Assembly: GCA_964016885.1 (NCBI GenBank)
Contig: OZ024741.1
Location: 230,640,001 to 230,704,000 of the forward strand
Origin: Eledone cirrhosa
Lineage: Eukaryota
Length of the DNA: 64,000 bases
Direction of reading: 5' to 3'
Position 1 is the first letter of the stretch; every line of letters starts with the position of its first letter. Below, in pieces: positions 57,487 to 64,000 of this stretch. Both the position numbers and the translations under genes were made by a program. The notes below the pieces were generated by a model. It was not told where the DNA came from, ran no database searches, and worked only from the letters and a program-made list of their open reading frames with translations.

Positions 57487-60088
57487 GTATATTACAAGCT
57501 TACTATGTATAAACTTTATAATTATATTAATTATTTATTTATTCTTCTTTTCCTGATGACCAAGTGTTAAAGCTGGTGTATTAGTGCACTAACCCCTATG
57601 ATTCTTACACTTAATTCAGCCTCCTGAAAATGTCGTCAGGATACTTTTGCCTTTGAACCTGCTTAAGTGCAGCTTCACTCACATGTAGAATACATTGTGG
57701 AAGCTTTCATGAAAGGACGACTGTCTCGGTGTTAGTAGAAACTATTTTAACACCTTCCGTGCAGACAATGAATAGAATTCTTTTCAGGTCATATCAGAAA
57801 TCACCTTCCAACGAATGAAGTAGAACCATAAACTCTACAAACTCCAGTCGACTGTTCCTTCACCCACCACTTTGATACAATTTTCAACCCGACTGTGTAT
57901 ATCAGTTCTGTTCATGAATGAACTCATATTGAATGGTTTTGACTTAGTATCATTTATCCGAACACAGAAACTGGGACATTCATCGAAACTTCGACAATTC
58001 CTTTGCAACGCTGTGTTATGCTTTTTCGAGATCAACGAAAAAAGCTTATAACACTTGGTAATGTTGCCACGATTTCACGAAGACCTGTGAATATCTGTTT
58101 TGCTCTGAAGGCAGTGTCCATGATTTGAATCACACTGTTCGTCAATTATCTTGGACTGGATAACACAGCGTTGACCAGTTATAAGAGGACATTTGCATAC
58201 AGTTAGTAAAATTCGTGTTTTTCATGAAATAAGGGCTTCATTTGAAAACAAAATTGCGTGGAATTTTATTAGACTCTATTTAATGAATCCGTCGTTTGCA
58301 ATCGATGACGGCTTCAATACAGTTTTTGTAACTTTGGCATGCACGAATCATATGATCCCTAGTTTTGCGATTTTGATAGATATGACGGACTACAGAGATT
58401 GTATAGTGTTATGGGGCGTTAATTTACTTACCTCTCATCCTATATATGGTATTCCAAAGGATTTAAGATTAGGGTACATACTTTTTCTGATTATTCATTC
58501 TTGAGACATCTATCTTCATATGAAACGGCTGAGAGACTTGTGTGTAGATATACGACGTTCCTTTGCTTACGCGTTTTTGCGTTTGTTCCAAGATCTCACA
58601 ACATTCTCCAACTCATTCTTGTATTTCGCAACATTGAACCTTAACTCCTTTGGAAAGAAGTAAGGAGGTGTGACATCTCCCTCGCCTCTATGTCTCTCAG
58701 AAACAACAGGGTTGCTGGAAACCTTCTGCACTTGACTGTTTGAAGACCTTTATCCAACCTGTCCATCTATCTCTCATTGACATATTGGTCGTCATTAAAG
58801 ATATTCTCAGAGAAAAATCTAAGATTTCAGGGTATGGATGTTTCGACTTGATAAATAAGCGCTGATCAGATTGTTTTGTTTTTCAAGTCATGCATTTGGA
58901 TTTCCGTTTCACATAGAAAATAGGTCATCATTCACAATTCTATCGCTACTTGTCGTGGAAGCCTATACTATTTAGCAACAGCACTAATTCATATTTTTGG
59001 TTATTTTCGTTAAGTTACTACTTCTTTCGTACAGATCTGTGTGTTCTAGTTGTACTGGGATACGTAGCCGGCATTTTCTGTTTGGCTATCCTGAAGAACC
59101 CTGAGAGAAGTGGTGACAGTACGCACCCTTGACAGATTCCGAAAACCAAACTATCCAGACTATAATTATGAGGTGGGATGTGTAGGTGCAAAATCTAAAT
59201 ATATGTGCTCGTGAGTTGCTGCCATCATGGTTACACGAGTTGTTATTATAATGAAATATTGTTCAATCTGACTCTCCTTCTATATATTTATAATTCGTTT
59301 TTGAATTTGTTTTGCGAGATTTCTTATCTGAAAACGTGTGTTTAATCATGGTCTTTGTTTTGTGTATCTGTCCTTTGTCCTGTCCTACATCATTTTGACA
59401 CAACACAAAAACAAGATGGTGCAAGACAGAACAAAGAAGAGACACACAAAAGAAAAAGCTAGTTATTGAAGGGGTCACAGAAGGTTTGAAATATATAAAC
59501 AATATTCCGGTTATCGAACCAATCACGCAGCCGGAAATTTATAATAAATTGAAGTGAAAACCAACAGGTGCGTGTGTTTATATTGGCAACATAACCCCCC
59601 CCCCCCCCCCCAGTATAACAATATATACATATATATATTTATAAATGTAGTCTGAATTTTTCGAATATTAATAATAATATTCTATTCGTTTGCAATTACG
59701 CAAACAACCTCCTTTAAAGCCATGTCAGTAGAATGACACCTTCATTCTTACTCTTGTGTTTGCTGAAAACATAACTGCAGACACTAATGTTCTCTGTGAT
59801 TAATCTTCATCAATACAGTATAATGCTTACCTGCCAACTGTCAGAGCTAGTTTTAAAATATATATTTTATTTTATTAAATGTATATATATTTATATATAT
59901 ATATATATAGTATAACTGAACAAAAATGAAAAACGAACACAGACATATACATGTATGCGTTCAAATCGTAATGGACCAGAAACGTTAAGGTGAAAAAATA
60001 CTAACTACAGACAATAGGGTTTGCTTGATTCAATTTAAGAATAAATCAAGGAAAATAAAATACAAATCAGTATTGTCGTAACTACCCA

Positions 60089-60171
60089 TCACCCGGACGG
60101 TTTTTGATGGAACCGTTTCGCAATATTAATTGTGAAGAGGTACATCAAATGCTTAGCTCATCAGCGGGTGA
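60089..60171 (-). ncRNA. Type I hammerhead ribozyme motif with canonical core
   Basis: Minus: TCACCCG|CTGATGA|GC..GC|GAAA|CGGTT-ccatcaaa-AACCG|TC|CGGGTGA; 7-bp perfect stem I. Confidence 0.88.
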
Positions 60172-60610
60172 AGAATTAGTATCAGATCACTTCTAAATAA
60201 AATAAAGATCTGGATAGTGTGTGTATATGTAACGCACATGGTTTCCGAACTTAGCGCGCCGCGCAGACTCACGTCACTAAAAATAGCAGCATGGTCTATG
60301 CGACATTTGAATTAGCTCTACGAATTAACGGAGCCGAATATATCAAAAGCATGTATTGAGTTAGAAACTCAAAATAGTCTCATTACAGTAAAATTAGCTC
60401 TAGGAAAAAGGTTTTTCCGAGCCGTATAGTATAACTGAACAAAAAAGAAAAACGAACACAGACATATACATGTATACGTTCAAATCGTAATGGTCCAGAA
60501 ACGCTAAGGTGAAAAAAATAATGTAACTACAGACAATAGGGTTTGCTAGACTCAATTTAAGAATAAATCAAGAAAAATAAATACAAACCAGTATTGTGGT
60601 AACTACCCAA

Positions 60611-60691
60611 CACCCGGACGGTTTTTGATGGAACCGTTTCGCAATATTAATTGTGAAGAGGTATATCAAATTCTTAGCTCATCAGCGGGTG
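60611..60691 (-). ncRNA. Type I hammerhead ribozyme motif with canonical core (tandem copy)
   Basis: Same core and stems, 521 nt from the first copy. Confidence 0.88.
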
Positions 60692-60999
60692 AAGAATTAG
60701 AAACCCTATTGTCTGTAGTTAGTATTTCTTTTTCACCTTAGCATTTCTGGTCCATTATGATTTGAACGCATAATGGTAAATGTCTGTGTTCGTTTTTCTT
60801 TTTTGGTCAGTTATAATATACGGCTCGGAAAAACCTTTTTCCTAGAGCTAATTTTACTGTAATGAGACTATTTTGAGTGTCTAAGTTATCGTTATAGGTA
60901 ATCCAGTTAGAGGTTGTGAATACTCTGTATTGTGGATAGTTTTAACCTACGACTTTGTTTGACTCAACAAGATGTTTCCATAGTTAGGTAGCGAGTTCG

Positions 61000-63900
61000 C
61001 GACAATTCCTATGCAGGTTATACTTGGAGTGATAATATTGAAAGATTGAAGAATACCATGGTTGGCTGTAAAACAAGGGGCTTTATTTCAAGTATTAACA
61101 ATTGTTTCATTGATCAGGTGAGTCTAAAAACAGCTAATCACTCGAAGTTGCGTCACTCGACCTTAAATACAGTGTTTACTTCTGATCAAATCCTCAGAAT
61201 ACTAGAGAACTCATATATGGCAATAGTATATATAGATACAGCGTAGAATCAAAACAATAATATCAATAATAAAATATAATAATAAAGAGGTTTAGTGTTC
61301 TGCCAGACCTAGAATTATTTACTTGAGTAAATATCACCGGAATCTAACTACTAAATTTTATACAGAAAAGGATAAGATATATTTACAAAACACCATATCG
61401 AGTACAAGTCTTCATTTTATTGTAACTCCGTTATAATTGTTGTACACAAATATCCTCGTACATATTTAGGTATAGTCCAAGCCCGTGATTAACATGTTCA
61501 TCTTCAGTGTTGTCGGCTCGAAGGAAAAGCGCCAAAGAGAGAAAGAGCTGGCTGTGTTGCCGCTATTTATAACATCTTTCCGGAAGTTGCAAAAGAGGGT
61601 TCTAGACTTTCGACGGGAAGTAACTCTAACTACTTCCCTGTCTAGAGAGCGCTATAATACTCTCCTCTCAGACGAGAAGTCGAATGACCAAATGAAATCA
61701 CTGTAGCGAGAACATGAGGAGCAAAGCACCAGGTACAAGAACATGAATGAATAAAACATGAGCAAGGAAAACAAAAGGTACATAAATTACAATGGTTTGT
61801 AACAGAGGCAATGTAGGAAAATAAACATGCAGAAAAATGTAACTGGAACAATACAATTCGAAGCAGTACAAGGGAGCAAGGAAAATAGTGCTCAAAATAA
61901 GTTGAACATTTTTCAAAGTCAAACAGTTAATGCTACTAGGGGTTAGACGAATATTGTTTTTGAGAGTTTCCGTGGCCATATTACTGTCCTGCCACTTCGT
62001 GTGACATATGGTTGTGTGGTATGTGGTGTTTGCGGTGGAGGTGAAGGTGTTTGTGTGGGAGTGTATGTGCAGGGTATGCCAGACACTGATGCGAGACTTT
62101 CAGAGAAAGCCTTCTTTGCTCTGTCAACGGATATTACCTCTTTTCGACCACTGACAGCCACTGTAAAGTGTTTTGGTGTGTGCGAACGTACACGGAGAGG
62201 TCCATTGTAGGGTGTCGTAAGAGGTCCCTTGACGGAATCATTCGGTATAAAAATGTGTGTCCATGTAGAGATGTCCGATGGGACAGCAGAAGAAACAGAT
62301 TGGTCACGAGGGTTCATTGGTGGACGATCCGAGAAATACGAACGAATCCTGGTGACATATGATGCTGGGTCAAGATGTGATGAATCCACTGGTGCTTGCA
62401 TGTCCAGGAAGAGACAATGTGGTACCATAAAGAAGTTCAACACAAGAAAAACCTAAATCTGTCTTAATGGCAGAACGAAAACCAAGAAGCACGATTGGCA
62501 AAAATTCGGCCCAACGTTGCGGATCAGGAGTAGCGCGAAGTGCAGATTTCAACTGTCTATGAAACCTCTCGACCATTCCACTGGAGGCTGGATGCTAGCT
62601 GGTCGTATGAATGTGATGAGCACCCAAGAGTCGTGATATTTCACGAAATAAGGAAGCTTCAAATTGGCGTCCACGATCAGTAGTTATTTTAGTAGGAACA
62701 CCAAAGCGAGCAATCCAATTGGAAATGAAAGCTCGGGCAACGGACTCTGCTGTTATGTCCACTAAGTGTATGGCTTCAGGTCACCGAGAGAAACGATCGA
62801 TACAAGTCAATATGTATGTGAATCCACGACTAACGGGACATGGACCAACAATATCCATGTGTATATAACGGAAACGTGCGTCTGGTGGGCTGAATTTCCC
62901 AAGAGGGGCGCGGATATGCTGATGAATCTTAGAGCGCTGACACTTCAAGCAAGAACGTGCCCAGCCGGTGATTAAACGACGCATATTAGGCCAAAAGAAT
63001 CGAGCCGTAACAGCTATGCCAGGATGTGACAAGGGGAAGTGCATTAAAAACGGTACGCTGATGACAATCTGGAACAAGTGGTCTGGGTGAGCCAGTAGAA
63101 ACATCGCAGAGAATCTTTCCTTCAGAAGATGGAAGAGGTAAATATTCCAATTTGCAGCAGGAGAACTGGTCAAAGGAAATGTCCAGCGAATCCAAAGTAG
63201 GTTGGTCAGTTGCAATGGCAACTAAATCGATATGTTCAGGAGACGCAAGAGAACACACAGAAAGTCGAGATAATGCCTTCGCTGGTATGTTGGCAGCTCC
63301 AGCTATATGACGAATGTCACTGGTGTACTGGGAGATGAAATCCAAATGTCTGTATGTCCTTGGAGAGTATCTATCGGACTTGGTTTGAAGAGAGAATGTG
63401 AGTGGTTTATGGTCTGTGAATACCGTGAACTCCCGACCTTCAAGAAGATGGTGGAAGTGTCTCACACCAAGATAAACTGCTAAAAGCTCTCTGTCAAAAG
63501 TACTGTAACGTTGCTCTGCTGGTTTTAGTTGACGTGAGAAAAACGCCAGTGGTTGAACTTGGTGATCGATTACATGATGCAAAACTGCGCCAACAGCACG
63601 ATCAGATGCATCAACAAATAAGGAAAGCCTCGCATTTGCAACAGGATGGGCAAGGAAAGAAACTTTAGCTAGCTCAGACTTGATGGATTTAAAGGACTGC
63701 AATGCATCGGCAGAAAGTGAAATAGGAGCATCTTTCTTTTTTGCCGCCTTTAACAATTGTGTCAATGGGAACAACTTGTCCGCACAGTTAGGAATGAGGC
63801 GACGATAAAAGTTAATTAATCCCAAGAAATGACGTAATTGTTTCAGGGATGTGGGTGGTGCGATATGCTGAATCGCTTCTACCTTAGATGGCAAAGGTCG

Positions 63901-64000
63901 TATGCCTTCTGAATCTATAAGATGTCCAAGGAATTCCAGTGAATCTGTATCAAACGCACATTTAGCTGGGTTGATTCTGACTTGGTACGATTGGAAACGT
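61000..64000 (-). mobile_element. Ty3/Gypsy LTR retrotransposon 3' portion (RT end, RNase H, integrase, probable 3' LTR); runs off the window
   Basis: LRHFLGLINFYRR, FVDASDRAVGAVL, PLAFFSR, YSTFDRELLAVY, FTDHKPL; integrase HMDIVGP, CIDRFSR, MVERFHRQLKSAL, PYNGP. Purine tract GAGAGGAGAG (-) at ~61660-61669 before a probable LTR with TATAAA (-) at ~61570. Outer LTR end uncertain. Confidence 0.9.

Larger units (their letters stand above)
59907..60883. mobile_element. Non-coding ~520-bp-unit HHR element: ~1.5 tandem units plus ~180-bp inverted piece
   Basis: TAGTATAACTGAAC at ~59908 and ~60427; 60700-60883 is the reverse complement of ~60362-60545; left end abuts (TA)n. Confidence 0.88.

Noticed and set aside
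57553-57600. CTGATGA motif (also at ~20935 and at ~39565 on -)
   Set aside because: No correctly placed GAAA/NUH or stems.

Overview
Repeat-dense animal genomic DNA, probably cephalopod or other mollusc (inferred from the tRNA-derived SINE family, the (TA)n density and the gene type). A + strand host gene is spread over at least seven phase-1/1 exons (10.7-57.5 kb) encoding cysteine-rich EGF-like repeats and an F-type lectin (FTP/fucolectin-like) domain. Its introns and flanks hold decayed transposons: mariner, two L1/Tx1 LINEs, RTE LINEs, Penelope-like elements (PLEs), a Helitron fragment, a Ty3/Gypsy element and SINEs. The main result is a set of hammerhead ribozyme (HHR) motifs. The ~320-bp satellite (~21 tandem copies, 1-6817) carries in its unit a full type I hammerhead fold with a U3-A8 compensatory core (UUGAUAA instead of CUGAUGA). 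Five further HHR-bearing families are present: ~430-bp and ~520-bp non-coding tandem units, a 155-bp palindromic unit and two PLE terminal repeats. Seven insertions share one architecture: two copies joined 5'-to-5', with the ribozyme-sense 3' ends pointing outward, mostly into (TA)n tracts. This looks like a community of retrozyme-like RNAs mobilised by PLE machinery. Folds were read by eye; cleavage, circular RNA production and novelty are untested.
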